A stretch of 64,000 bases of DNA from the NCBI GenBank assembly GCA_964016885.1, contig OZ024742.1:51522001-51586000 (forward strand), read 5' to 3'. Below the pieces are notes generated by a model. It had not been told where the DNA came from and did no database searches. It saw only the letters and a list, made by a program, of their open reading frames with translations. Positions 1 to 13,245 of this stretch are shown piece after piece. Numbering within the stretch: position 1 is the first letter of the stretch; each line of letters starts with the position of its first letter. Position numbers and translations under genes: made by a program. The DNA is from Eledone cirrhosa. Its lineage: Eukaryota.

Positions 1-497
1 GTTGTGTTAGGTATACAATTGGCGATATTTTCACTAAAAGCAATCTTTCTGTATTCCTGTATTTTGATTTTTGATCTATGGATATCACCCCCCTTTTTTT
101 CTCTTTTCTATTTACTTCAAAAACCTTGTTTGTAAATAATGTTATTCTTTCTTCCCCATTTCCTTAACATGTTCAACATCACATCATTTTCTCTCCAACA
201 TTTTACACCAATACGAATTCCCCCTTTGATAATGCGTTAAATGGTGAAACCGGTATTAGACAATTATTAAATTTATAAATAAATAAATAAATACCATTGT
301 TAATTAATAAATAAATTAACTAATACCTTAACACTTCACACAGAGTAAAATATTTTGTTTTAAACAATTTCTAACCCAGAAAAAAGAGAAAAAATAAAAG
401 GAAAATAATATAATCTTATTCCTAATAATCGTCTTTTTCTCCCTATTTTCAAATATATATATATATTCCTACTCGTGTGCTCCTTCCCCACATTTTA

Positions 498-590
<93 letters not shown>

Positions 591-824
591 ATATACAATA
601 ATGAGAGGTTTACAGATATATGTGCATACATACATATACATGTATATATAAACATATTTTTCACAAGTATGTGAGATTGTATGTTGTCGACCTTAACCAG
701 TGTTACTCTATGATTATGAGGGACAAGATAATCGAAATAATTAAATTGATACAATATCAGAGCTATGTAAAATATTATAAAATAAGAAGGAATAATAGAT
801 ACAATATCCCTATTTTTTTCTTCG

Positions 825-915
825 TCCCGACTGTACAGTTTCGCTGGTCACTATGCAAAAATGTTATATCATAGATATGTAAAATTGTTGTGAGGTAAGC
901 CAGCTTATCAAGGGA
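825..915 (-). ncRNA. Mirror copy of the 1710-1800 hammerhead
   Basis: Reverse complement of 1710-1800 with identical core and stems. Confidence 0.8.
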
Positions 916-1191
916 GCACCTCAGGGAAGAGCCCTAATTACATACGTCCGTAGCAAGCGAGAACCTCTCAAAAAGGCGGATGGAGACTCTATCACGTGAT
1001 ACACCGGTCAAGAAAGGGGATTAATCCCTTGTAGAAGTGAAAAATATCACAGAAGGCGGAGGGGGATATTAATATGATACAGAGGCTACAGAAGGGTTGT
1101 AAGGTTGAATAGAAGTGTATATAGTGTTTGCTTGAACGCAGTCACTATACTTCCGTGGTTACTCTACCGTGAGGGAGTTAGAGACAATAAT

Positions 1192-1333
1192 TGTTTCTAC
1201 TTTAGGCACAAGGCCAGACAATTTACCAGTGCATTACTGGTACTTTATTTTATCGACCCCGTAAGGATAAAAGGCAAAGTTAACCTCGGCGGAATTTGAA
1301 TTCAGCATGGCAAGGGCCGTAACTCTATGCGTC
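1192..1333 (-). mobile_element. tRNA-derived SINE (family 1) inserted in family A
   Basis: Reverse complement reads ..GAATTCAAATTCCGCCGAGGTTAACTTTGCCTTTTATCCTTACGGGGTCGATAAAATAAAGTACCAG.., matching copies at 9.4-9.8, 14.8 and 27.2 kb. CAATAAT on both sides (probable TSD). Confidence 0.8.
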
Positions 1334-1709
1334 CAATAATGAGAGGTATACATATATATGTGCATACATACATATACATGTATATATAAACATATATTTT
1401 TCGCAAGTATGCACATATATCTGTATACCTCTCATTATTGTCTCTAACTCCCTCACGGTAGAGTAACCACGGAAGTATAGTGACTGCTTTCAAGCAAACA
1501 CTATATACACTTCTAGTCAACCTTACAACTCCTCCCTAGCCTCTGTATGATATTAATATCCCCCTCCGCCTTCTGAGATATTTTTCACTGCTACAAGGGA
1601 TTAATCCCCTTTCTTGACCGGTATATCACGTGATAGAGTCTCCCTCCGCCTTTTTGAGATATTCTCGCTTGCTACGGACGTATGTAGTTAGGGCTCTTCC
1701 CTGAGGTGC

Positions 1710-1800
1710 TCCCTTGATAAGCTGGCTTACCTCACAACAATGTTACATATCTATGATATAACATTTTTGCACAGTGACCAGCGAAACTGTACAGTCGGGA
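1710..1800 (+). ncRNA. Type I hammerhead ribozyme, U3-A8 core variant
   Basis: TCCC-TTGATAA-GCTGG..(long stem II with inner TGTTA/TAACA hairpin)..CCAGC-GAAA-CTGTACAG-TC|GGGA. Stems I, II and III all pair; stem III is palindromic. Confidence 0.8.
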
Positions 1801-1848
1801 CGAAGAAAAATAGATATATTGTGTCTATTATTCCTTCTTATTTCATAA

Positions 1849-1914
<66 letters not shown>

Positions 1915-1916
<2 letters not shown>

Positions 1917-4100
1917 AACGAGTAGGACCCCGACGGCTGGCTCCAACTTTCCTATCACCTCTTCGCCAAAAACCCGGCATTCCAGCCATATCCATTTCCT
2001 CAGCCGCTGCCTCCACCTGAACCTGATCCCCCATTGCTTCCGACTGCACCTCCACATCTCCCCCTTCGCTTCCCCCTCCTTTCGTCTCCTCATGCGCAAC
2101 TCCCTACGTTCCTCCCTCTCCACCATCCATAATCTCGACCACAAACACCTGCCCCATCCTCCTCTGCCACCCACTCCTAGCCCACTCCATTTTAATATTC
2201 ATCAAAAACCTCAACCACGACCTCTTCTCCTTCCTCACATACACCAAACACGAGCTCCGCTCACTCCTACTCCACCACCACCTTCCACCACCTCGTGTTC
2301 ACGTACCACCTCCGATATATTCGTCTCGGCGGGGCGGGAGTGTCCCCATCGTCCGCCACTTTGGTTCCCCTGGACAATCCGCCCACCACCACACCATCTG
2401 TGGCCTCATCGAATGCAATAAGACCCCCACAACCCGCCTTAGCGTGGAGCAACACACCATCTTCACCCTACAGACCCACACACCCCCAGCCTGAACTCCC
2501 CACCCTTCTTCTTTTAGCCTTCGAATGTCCACCTCCCCCACACATACACCCTAATAACACCACTAAAACACTCCTAAGTGTCACCGTCCCCTCGACCTCC
2601 AGTCATACCCCACCCCTTGGCCCACCCCACAACTAATAAAACTAACACCGCCACCCATCCCCCTCTCACACGCGCACCCACACCCTTAACACGCACACAC
2701 CCACCAGTACATCTATACACTCACTCACACTCTTCACACAGCCTACTACCTTACTTACCCCCACTCAAACATCCTCATCAGACCCCCCTCCCGACTCCCG
2801 CTCACCACACACACATGAAACACACCATCACACATACACTTACCCACACCCACGTACACACCGATACACCAACATTCCACACCCACACTACCACCACTAA
2901 CCCCCACTCACACACCAGCATTCAATCCCCTACCACCAGCAATACAGTCTACCACACACACACACTCATATCCAAACATGCAGACACGTACCAGTACATT
3001 ACACTCATTCATACTGTCCCCAGCAACTTCTCTCTCTCCCCGCTCTACCCTATCCCACACACACATCCCACTAACACCCCCACTAATATACACACAAACC
3101 CCCACACACAAGCCGCCACCCCCTCCCTCAACCTTTCACACATCCCCATCCCCACCACTGCCCAATGCACCTCCGCACACACATAGTCACATTCCACACC
3201 ACATACATATCATCGCTAACACCCGTCCGCCTGACTTCCTCCCTACCACTGCCTGCTTGTGTCACCTTCCTACTGGTATCTCCTTCCCCCCTCCCACATC
3301 ATTCGCCCTGCCTTGACCCTTTGACAACCTCCTGTTTCGCGCGCACCCTACAATTCTCTACTTCCTCAATACCACACCAAGGATTCTACACCACTGGTCC
3401 AACGCTCCAGGCATCCACCCTGCTATATCCGGAATGTTCAACATCCATACCTATACTCTGCGGGAAATCATCCAGGTATACACACACACACAAACACTTT
3501 CACTATTTTCGCACACACGCAACCACACATCCACACCACACAAAACAAACATACACACGTGCGTATATGCACATACACACACTCGGCCTTCGGACTCCAC
3601 ACGCCCCCTCTCCCCCACTCACTCTGACAACTCCCCATCCTCAATCTGACAACTCCCCATCCTCACTCTGACGTACACTCCACCACATGTACACACTAGT
3701 TTCCCTATTACCCGAACATGGAACCTCGTTCTTACCCAAACTCTCACACTCACATCCACACGTACGCCTACACACATACACACACACCCATTTCCGCCCT
3801 CCCCGATCGGACCACATGCCCCCCCACCCCTCAATCCACACACAGCCCCAACACGCCTCACACCCTTTCACCACTTGTTTCATTTTAATTTTTTTACGCT
3901 CATTTTAATCCCGATCCCCCTTAATGTCTTTCCAGCACTCCCTCTAACACCCTCGCATCTCTTTTCCTGCCCACTTTTCTCCTGATGAAGGGCGTATGCC
4001 CGAAACCTCGTCCGCCACCAACACTCTCAAGCGGGAACCTAATACTAACACTTTGTACTGCACAGTTCGCCTTATTTTTGTTTTCTGTTCTAACTATAAT
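1915..4100 (+). mobile_element. Internally deleted Penelope-like element (N-terminal ORF remnant, C/A-rich body, 3' HHR)
   Basis: Frame from 1981 reads SSHIHFLSRCLHLNLIPHCFRL, resembling the PLE ORF N-terminus. HHR core CTGATGA-A-GGGC-GTAT-GCCC-GAAAC-CTC-GTC at 3982-4012 (stem I not recoverable). Confidence 0.6.
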
Positions 4101-4121
4101 ATATAAATATATATATACATA

Positions 4122-4850
4122 TATATAATATAAAACGAAAAATCAGTGATGCACCAGAACTCAATTTATTGTGTGTTACAAATGTTTCGCCGGCGGACAG
4201 CTCGAGACACGATCATTGTGTGGATCTGTCTGATTCTGGATCCGCAGGTTCGACGGACACGTCTAATGATTTCGGAGCAAATTCTCTCACTGGAGTGTTA
4301 GCGTCAAAAACATCCACTTTGCGCGTCCTGTTATTGGCTGCTGCTTTTCTACGTCATCTAATTCTGGCCTACAGGTGTCAATTCGACTGACCATGATCAG
4401 CTGCCGCGATTCTGCCACACTTCGATGAATTACTACTGGGTTTGGTAGTTCACACGTCCTCGCGCGCACACACACACACATACACACACACACACGCACA
4501 CACACACACACAATCACATAGATAACAACATCCGTACGCATAGACTCCCGCTATACACCCACACTTAAGGAGAACATATAAAACTATAGACATACGCATA
4601 CACAGACGCCTGCCTACATGCCCATGTTCATCAACACACACATACACACACAGGCGCGCACACATGCATATGCGTATATATACTCGTATACACAAACACG
4701 TACAGACATATACATAGACCCCCCCCCCTTTTTCCCTTGAGAAAATGCATCACTGATTTTTCGTTTTATATTATATCATACTCTGCTCTGTAAGAACATA
4801 GAGTGCTCAACCGGCATACCGCCTATGGAAGCATTTTAGCTACCGCCAGA
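4122..4850. mobile_element. Non-autonomous element with ~30-bp inverted ends, probably a PLE pseudo-LTR derivative
   Basis: TATAATATAAAACGAAAAATCAGTGATGCA (~4124-4153) is inverted at ~4746-4775. Partial HHR 3' half (GAAAC-ATTT-GTA-ACAC) on the minus strand near 4170-4190. Confidence 0.5.
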
Positions 4851-4927
4851 CACACATATATACACACACACGCACACACACACACACATATATATATATT
4901 AAAATAGATGTTCTTTTTATCAATTAC

Positions 4928-4980
4928 ATTTTATTATACATATTTCAGATGTAAAACAGTACGTCCTCATCAGACAAAAT
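4928..4980 (-). ncRNA. Type I hammerhead ribozyme
   Basis: ATTTTGT-CTGATGA-GGACGTA-CTGTTT-TACATCT-GAAA-TATGTA-TA|ATAAAAT. Confidence 0.75.
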
Positions 4981-5774
4981 ATAATGATACATGAGATTTA
5001 ATCAAGGTAGTGATTAACCTAAGAGAAAGTTTAACATTTATATCCTAATAATGAGAAAATGCGAAAACGTAATACATTCAATAGAGAATGTGTGAGTAAG
5101 AAAAACGTTGCTTAATGTAACAGTTATAGAGATTTTAAAATGATACTACAATTGATCAGGGAAAGCGGTCAATGAGAGCCGCTGAGATAATATATATAGA
5201 GAGAGGAAATATATGTAGAAGGAGATTTTCCGAAAGTTAAACGGTTAAGTTTGAAAATATTTAATTTATGCCATTTTAGGGTAAAGAATCAAGATTTAGG
5301 TTTAAAAAAAAAAAGAAGAAAAATTGCAGATAATTTATTAATTTTGTAAATTCAATAAGTGTTTTAACATTTCTAAACTTTGGAATTTTATGAGGATAAC
5401 TTTTAAAGGATTTAGCTGGCCAGCGGAAAATAAAGCTTACACTGTCGAATATTTTTTTCTAAATGTAAGCTTTACCGGAGATATTCATTGTCAATATATA
5501 TGATATGTAAATCTTATGAAGTATTTATTGTTAGAAATATTTAAATAACTATTATGTATATATACATATATATATGCTCTTGAAATGTTGGGTAAATATT
5601 CTATAGCGGTTGGACGCGAACACGCCGCTCTGGCGTATTTATTTAATGTTTCTTCATAGGTGCATTTTATTCTTATAGCCTGGTCTAATTGATTTTTTGT
5701 GTGGGTAATTATGCTGATTGGGAGTAGAGATGATGTATATATATTATCAAATAATTCTCTGGACATGCTTTACT

Positions 5775-5836
<62 letters not shown>

Positions 5837-6758
5837 TGAGCCTGTATATTTTAGGTAAATGATAACGAAAATAAAAATAAGATAATAGATTTAGGCATGC
5901 TAAAGTTAAATATATATGTATATATAAAAGGGTGTAAATGCATTGAGTATTCATAGTTCAAAATAAATGATGATCAATAAATTTAATTAAAAATTATGTA
6001 TAGAATGATACATGGAGGTTTATATGGATATAAATTAGGTATTATTGATATAAATTAGGTATTATTGATACAGTATACGTTAGGTAAATGATAATGGTTA
6101 TAATTTTATATAATAAGGTTCGAAACTTGTTATATAACGTGTTGTATAACGTGTTATATATATATATATATAAAAAAAGCAAGGAAATTTTACACTGTTG
6201 AATATTTGCCTAAATATAAACTTTACCGAAGATAATCAATTTTCAACATATAATATGTAAATTTATGAAGTACTTATTGTTAGAAATATTTAATTAACGA
6301 TTATGTATATAGGTATTTATTAATGAGCCAGTATATTTTAGGTAAATGATAACGAAAAAATATATAATAGAGAGGCATGCAAAGTTAAATATATACCAAT
6401 ATAACAGGGTGTAAATAAATTAATTATTGATAGTTCGAAATAAATAATAATCAAAACCGCATGAAAAATGCACAGTTAGAATTAAGTTCCATAAAAATGT
6501 ATGGGTTGGATATTAAACAAAAATGTAAACCTTAGGTAGGAAGATAAAGATATAGAAATAAAGAAATAATGGTATGGATCAAAATTAATAATTATGATAT
6601 TATATTATGTATATCAATGTTCCGGCATGTTATTGAACAAGTGTTTTTCATTCAAGCGTTATTTCTTCTATAGATAGATTATAAGATAATGCAATATTAA
6701 AGGCCATTAATGTTTTTCCCTGTTGATTATATACGTCTGACAACCAAGTTTTTAATGG

Positions 6759-7442
6759 TTAAGTGTTTCTCTCTCTTTTTTTTCTCGTTTTGTGGGAGGC
6801 TAAGAATGTGGACGTAGCTTTATGGAGGCAACTAGAGAATAATTCACTTTTTTTGTTAATTAGGGTCTCATATTTATTAATAATCAACAGGGTCTCCATT
6901 GTACAGAGCGCGCAGTTATTTGATATACTGGAGTTGCGGTAAACTCCACAGTTCCGAAGTTTAGTCCAAAGAATGGAGTATTTTAAATTCCTCTCTTTTA
7001 ATGACCATATGAGCTGTGATAAAAACGTGGATGATTTCCTCTTGGAGTTCAAGAAAGAGCATTTATGGTTCGCAAATCTGGATTTAAATGTAGAAGACGC
7101 CGATCCTATGTAGTTGTATGTGTTGTAATCAGTTTTTACGGTGCATTTATAAACCAAGTTGCTATCTAGACAATTATTTTGCAAAGGGCAATCAGTATTA
7201 TTTCTACAATTACATTTTGGTTTAGTATCATTTATGTTAACTCTATTATTAAGATCATTATGCTGGTTTTGTTTTAGGATTTTAGTGTTTAATTTGGCAA
7301 TGTTTTGGGCCATGTTCATCGTTGTCGAATATGAGAATTTAATGGTATGTCTATTAAAAATGGAATGGTATTTATGTTGAGTAGGGAAAGAGGTGTCCAA
7401 AGCGTTAACGAATAATTGTGTAGTTGGTGTTTTAACTGCCAC
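6759..7442 (-). pseudogene. PLE RT C-terminus/GIY-YIG endonuclease fragment
   Basis: IFNRHTIKFSYS, CNC..CPL..C, VY..YIG motifs. Confidence 0.85.
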
Positions 7443-7814
7443 CGATGCGGGGGAGGGGGGGGAACCATATGACTGATTTAGTTCTAGTTCTTATCCTAGA
7501 TTTATTTGGCGTATGGGTGTTTGAATTATAATTATTAGAGTTATCTTATATATGTCATTATATTTTATTAAGATTAATACTTGGATAATTATTATCTACA
7601 TATTCTATATTATTCATATATCCTGCTCTTTTTCACCGTTTTTATTGAATATAGCTTTATTGGCTGATATTTTATTGATTCGTTTTTGCACACTATTTAG
7701 TATAGCTTTTTCTTTACAGATTTAGGGTGATTGGATTAATGTGACCAAAAAGCCAACAATATTTCATAATATATAAGTGATTATAATGTGAAAATGGAAA
7801 ATAATTAACATAAG

Positions 7815-8695
7815 ATATATAAATAAATAAAAATAGACCAAGAAACAAGAATGTCCTTCATCAGAAGTCTGCTGATTATCGTTGGTATTTCTTTGCATTA
7901 AAGACTAGATACCTAAAATCAGTGTGAGTGATAACTAAATTAATTATTGGGACAGAGGAAAACAGAGGAAAGGAAACAAACAACATCGTAGTATTGCGTC
8001 GTAAAGAGAGGAAAAGAGAGACAAGTCAATGAATCTTGTGGGCTTAAGTCCGACAAATCAAATGACGAGAAGAAATAGACGCGTCCGAGCCACGAGGAGA
8101 TTGAGAGAGGAAAGAAATTCAAGCAGGTCAGACGGGAGGAAGTGAGAGAGGAGGAGTAGCTGAGAGTGAGTCCGTGAAAGTGTGAGGTAGGGGCCAGCCG
8201 AGAGTGAGTGACCAGCAGCGGGAGTGGTGGAAAGCAAGAGGTGGAGGAGAGATAAGGGGGAGATAGAAAGAGGATAGCAGGAAGGTGACAGAAAAAATAC
8301 GAACCACAGCGAAGGGGAAACATATATGTAAATGAAAAATGTTGTGCTGCGTTGTTGCGAATATGAACACATGAATAAAAATAGACTAAGAAATAAGAAT
8401 GTCCTTCTTCAGTTGTCTGCTGATTATCGTTGGTTTTTTTTCTTCGTATTAAAGACTAGATACCTAAAATCAGTGCGAGCGATAACTAAATTAAGTTATC
8501 GGGACAGAGGAAAACAGAGGTAAGGAAACAAATAACATGGTAGTAATGCAACGTAAAGAGAGGAAAAGAGAGTCAAGTCAATGAATCTTGTGGGCTTAAG
8601 TCCGACAAATCAAATGACGAGAAGAAATAGACGCGTCCGAGCCGGATTAAGCCCACAAGATTCATTGACTTGTCTCTCTTTTCCTCTCTTTACTC
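7815..8695 (-). mobile_element. Non-coding repeat family B: ~548-bp tandem monomer plus short terminal fold-back
   Basis: 7850-8090 repeats at 8399-8643. 8646-8693 is the reverse complement of ~8552-8600. Homologous to 35490-36105. Confidence 0.8.
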
Positions 8696-9404
8696 TGTGT
8701 GTGTGTGTGTGTGTGTATGCATGCAGGCATGTTTGTTTGTATGTTTTTCTCTCGCGTGTGTCAAGAATCAAGGGAGGGGAATTAACTTCGTAAAGTTATT
8801 GGATATATATGTGAAATGGAATGCAAGTACGCCACCTCTTTTATTTTCAGGTTACAGAATGAATAGCGTATGGTTGGAAATGTTTGTTTTCATTTTTGTT
8901 TTATATGTCCACCGACGTATCAATAATCGCGCTTCATTATAACTTAACTTAACTCCCATCACAACAAAACATTTTCATTCATCTATTGTATTTCAGGAGT
9001 GAATGCGTGATAATGGGTTGTAAAATTATACACTTTATTTATCATTCGCAGCAGCTTATTAAATATCCTAAACCAGAATATCCGCCTACTCTGAATGAGT
9101 TTCAAACCAAATGTGAAGCTCCCCTAGAAGACGGCCAAACTGAGACAATGGCAATTATGTCACCATTAAGTAAGCAATTTTACGATTTCAATTATTCCAG
9201 CAATTATACAATTTCAATTATAGTTTATTGAATGTTTAAAATAATTATATATGTGTTTTACATTTAAAACATAATATCTCCCCAGCACTATGATTTATTT
9301 GTTGAAATCAATATACCAAGTACAATTACCGACAAAGTATTCTATTACAGAAAATCACAAGCTATGAAGATATGAATATACGTCTGATGAAATGTTCGCA
9401 AGGT

Positions 9405-9822
9405 TGATTGGCAGTATCTGTAGAGCGTCAGACACCATGCTTTGCATCATATAGTAATTTAAGTCTTGAGTTCAAATCACGCCGATATTAACTTGCCTTT
9501 CATCCTTACAGGGTCTATAATATAAAGTACCAATAATACATTGGGATAATTGCTGGTCTTGTGCCAAAAGTAGAAGCAATTATTTGTTGGTTTTTGCCTT
9601 TCATCCTTAAGGGGTCGATTAAATATAGTACCAGTAACTTACTGGGGTCGATTTAATAGCCTAAATCAGATGCTTTGAAGCATAGTGTTACGTCCCTTTA
9701 TGATCTGAGTTCAAATCCCGCCGGGGTTAACTTTGCTTTCATCCTTACGGGGTCGATAAAATAAAGTACCAGTAATGTACTGGTGAATTGCTGGCCTTGT
9801 GCCGAAAATAGAAACAATTATT
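9405..9822 (+). mobile_element. Cluster of three tandem tRNA-SINE (family 1) copies/fragments
   Basis: B-box GAGTTCAAATC at ~9468 and ~9707; three GC(C)TTTCATCCTTA..GGGTC.AT motifs. Confidence 0.75.
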
Positions 9823-10109
9823 TGTGTTTTACCCCTTCCTTCAGTTTAGTTTCCATTTCTTGCCGAGTGTCTACCCGAAACCTTTTCTAGAGAAACTCAC
9901 TGCATACGTAAATAAACCCCAAAATATACACAACAGATTGTTCGCGTAACACACATTACACAGTTACAAGTATATCATTTGCACACTATCTGTTTGATAT
10001 TACAACAAAATGATATTCAATCATATAAGGGTGCTCAAGTATTTACAAATTACATGATTATGGAATATAATCTAATGATGTTAAGTAAAAACTTTACATA
10101 GATGATTAT

Positions 10110-10700
10110 CAAACTCAAAGCGATCGTGCTCTTCTCGGTACGTGTGCTGTAAACTTTAAAGCATTTTTTCGTACTTTTGCTGTAGTGGTAAACCATTCTA
10201 AAATAATTTCCTGTTCCTATTTTGGTCATTCCTACTGCACATACAATCACCGATAGTGTGATAAGCTTGAGGTGCCACCTGTTTTCAATTTGAATCAATA
10301 AGTTTTATGATTTCTGAGCTTGTCAAATTATTTTGCTGGAATATTGCGTTCACACGAGATGTTCATATCAATCAATAGACATAATTTAATATGTTGGTTT
10401 TTACTATAATATCCGGTCTGTTAGCTGTGCTTTTTCTGTCTGTATGTAAAGGAAAGTTCCAAAGAATCATTACATTTCCTCCTCCAGTTTCATCTTAGGT
10501 GATACATATACCACTTGTCAGCAGGTTTTTTTTATAATGCCGAATATTAACTAATGTAGATACTGGTTTACTCCATCATGCTTTGATTTAAACTCTACTG
10601 GTGCTAAAAAGCTCGTGTTGTCAGTCAATTAACATACATATTAAGAAGTACACTAAGCAGCCGAAGTGTACGGAAACGTTACATCTGTATATGTACACTG
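10110..10700 (-). pseudogene. Old R4/Dong-clade RLE endonuclease fragment
   Basis: Hand translation: WNFPLHTDRKSTANRPDIIVK..CLLIDMNISCERNIPAK*FDKL..IENRWHLKLITLSVIVCAVG, with stops and frameshifts. Confidence 0.65.
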
Positions 10701-10704
10701 TGCC

Positions 10705-11195
10705 AATGTCTATCTAGGGCGAGTAAAATTCCCTAGATCCATGGACGAGTTCTCTCCAGTGGGCTCTGTCCTTCATTATCGCTGCCATGTCCTGCGTTTC
10801 CAACAGACCAGTATCTGTTCTTAGGGCATCAACATACGTTAACCTTGGTCTTGCTCTTCCATTGTGTCCATGCAGCGGCTCCCACAGGAGCACTGAGTGC
10901 AAGGTCAACTCTGAATCTCGGTGAGCATGTCAAGCTAACCTCAGTCTCTTCTGTGTCACTTTTGAGCTGACTTTTGGGAGGATCCCATACAGCTCTGAGT
11001 TTTTCATCCTCTGCGTATACTGATTAATGTTCAGAGCCATCCTCAGCATTCTCGTGTAGCACCCATCCACCATCTGGGTGAGTTTCTTGGTCAGTGTCCA
11101 AGTCTCAGACCCGTACAGCAGCACAGACTCCACTACACCAATCAAGAGGCGGATTTTCAGGTCTTTACGAAGGTCCGACTTCCACACCGATCTCA
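10705..11195 (-). mobile_element. RTE-clade LINE 3' fragment
   Basis: ORFs with [22 protein letters not shown] and GRARPRLTYVDAL..KDRAHWRELV. Confidence 0.85.
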
Positions 11196-11231
11196 AAATA
11201 TACACATTTTTAATATGTAGTCATGCAATCA

Positions 11232-11325
<94 letters not shown>

Positions 11326-13176
11326 CGTGCATTTGTTTGTATATGTGTGTTTGTGTGGGTGTGGGCCGAGTATCGAATAACATGTGATATGTTTACGAAT
11401 ATACATTTGAAAACCTTTAACTATGAATTTTAAAGTTGACGAATGGCGATATCTTGTTCCAACAGAAGCAAGGGGGTACAAACGACAGATCTATTTTTGT
11501 TTCCCTGACCGTTTTCACGGCTAGGTGTCTCATTCCGTGCTTCTGACTGGAACTCAAAATAAGCCGAAAAGAAATAGCCTTTTTGCTAATATGCTCCTCG
11601 TAATGAAATAATTGAAGCACACAGAGCATACGTTTTTTTTTTTAATAATTGACAAAGAGGTACTTCAAATAATTCTCTTAATGTCTGCATGCGTTTCAAC
11701 TTCAGTATTAGCACATAATACTAAAGCTTCCTCAAGACATTAATTCGGAATTTGGATGTACAAGTCTTAAAGAAATACTAAGGTAGCTGTATAAATGTTT
11801 TGAAGATATTCGGGAAGAAGCCGAAAATAAGTTATTGTAACTCCCGGGATGCACATCCAAAGCAGTTATGTATTTGTAGAAAAAAATATTTCCCGGCAAC
11901 AAGTGATTGGAGAGGTTATTTGAAGAGATTCTTAAAAAAGACCGCTATTTTTATAAGAGAAAAAGCGCATAAAAAGGAGTTGTGTAAGTGTGTATAACAG
12001 TATCGGTAACAATCGATTACTTATAAATATACGCAGCTTTCCAATATAGTTTTATCTGATAGGAATAATAAATGCATCCCAATTTACCAAAATATTCAGA
12101 GAGAAACAATCCCTTTTTAAAAGTGTGTATGGCGTTAATTCAAGCATGCTAGAGGAGTTACAGCCCTTTGAGATGGACTTTGGAACCTTTGTCCCCCTAA
12201 CAACGGTACTGCTGCTCCACCCGGGGTCACAGGTTCTGACACAAAACCAAAGCACTCTTCAGTGGTGTAAGAGAAAAGACAAAACATTAATTTTAAGTGA
12301 TTACGTTATAACATGTACACATAGCACTCTATGTGACGTTGGGAAAAAAGTGTAGTGCATTTTATAGCACGAAAGTCTCATGAATGAAACAAAGGAAAAG
12401 AGAGGAAGAAAAAAGCAGGAAAAAGAAAGTAAGATGTCATGTGAGAAAATGTAGGCCATTGAAATTAATGCGGAAAGAAGAGATAACACTTCTGTTACAG
12501 ATTAGTAGCGTCAAATATATATGTGTGTGTGTATATATATATATATATTTGTTTTGTGACAACAATATGACCCTCCCCAAGTATAAATATATATATGTAT
12601 ATATATATACTAATTTTATCCACCAATAAGTGAATTATTTTCATAGTGCTCTTCCTCAATATCGGTTGTCAGCGAGCTGCTTCAATAGGATAGCTAGCAG
12701 CCTCACTAGTCGTGTACATTTTAAAGACGGATTTTTGGTTGCAAGAACACCCTGATTGTGTGTTTTAATCTGCCCGGTAATGGTTTTAGTGTAACCAATA
12801 CCTGAAAACTGCCTTAAAACTCACAATCCTTCTGTGTCCGTTATGTAATTCAATGAGCTGCCAATCAACTGCCCACTTGTTATCTCATTGAGCGTGTAAA
12901 CTATGACCGGGCGTCTCTAGTATAACTTTAATCATAACATCCGCAACATGATGTCGGGCTGACGAGCTGCAGAAATATACATTTCCTCAGTGACAGGCGG
13001 ATATTCAACAGATGAAAATGATGTGAATGTAAGCAAATTTTGTATTGAGGTCTCTGCTAAATTTTGGTATATTTTTATATTTTTCTTTTAAGGAAATTCA
13101 CAATTCTCTCTCTCCCTCTCTCCCTATCCGCCTATCTCTCTCTCTCTATATCTCCCACTCTCTCTCTCTCTCTGTA

Positions 13177-13245
<69 letters not shown>

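Larger units (their letters stand above)
596..1853. mobile_element. Non-coding HHR-bearing repeat family A: ~589-bp monomer (partial tandem) followed by fold-back inversion, interrupted by a SINE
   Basis: 771-1190 is the reverse complement of ~1432-1853. 596-670 recurs directly at 1334-1410 (589-bp period once the SINE is removed). Flanked by (TA)n. No credible ORF. Confidence 0.8.
4890..7745 (-). mobile_element. 5'-truncated Penelope-like element: GIY-YIG endonuclease, long AT-rich 3' UTR, terminal HHR
   Basis: ORF 6759-7442: CNCRNNTDCPLQNNC Zn-knuckle, LVYKC..YIG, RFANH, CALCTME. HHR at 4928-4980. Confidence 0.85.

Noticed and set aside
221-260. TTGATAA..GAAACCGGTA motif as an intact ribozyme
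   Set aside because: Stems I and II are poor; counted only as a decayed motif.
2092-3908. Pro/His/Thr-rich ORFs
   Set aside because: C/A-rich low-complexity body of a PLE derivative; no domain motifs.
5430-6450. Diverged duplication (~5435-5560 vs ~6188-6310; ~5835-5980 vs ~6320-6450)
   Set aside because: Ordinary internal duplication within the PLE 3' UTR.
12052-12355. ORFs in unique DNA with a possible GTAAG donor near 12267
   Set aside because: No recognisable domain and no consistent exon frame; cannot be supported.
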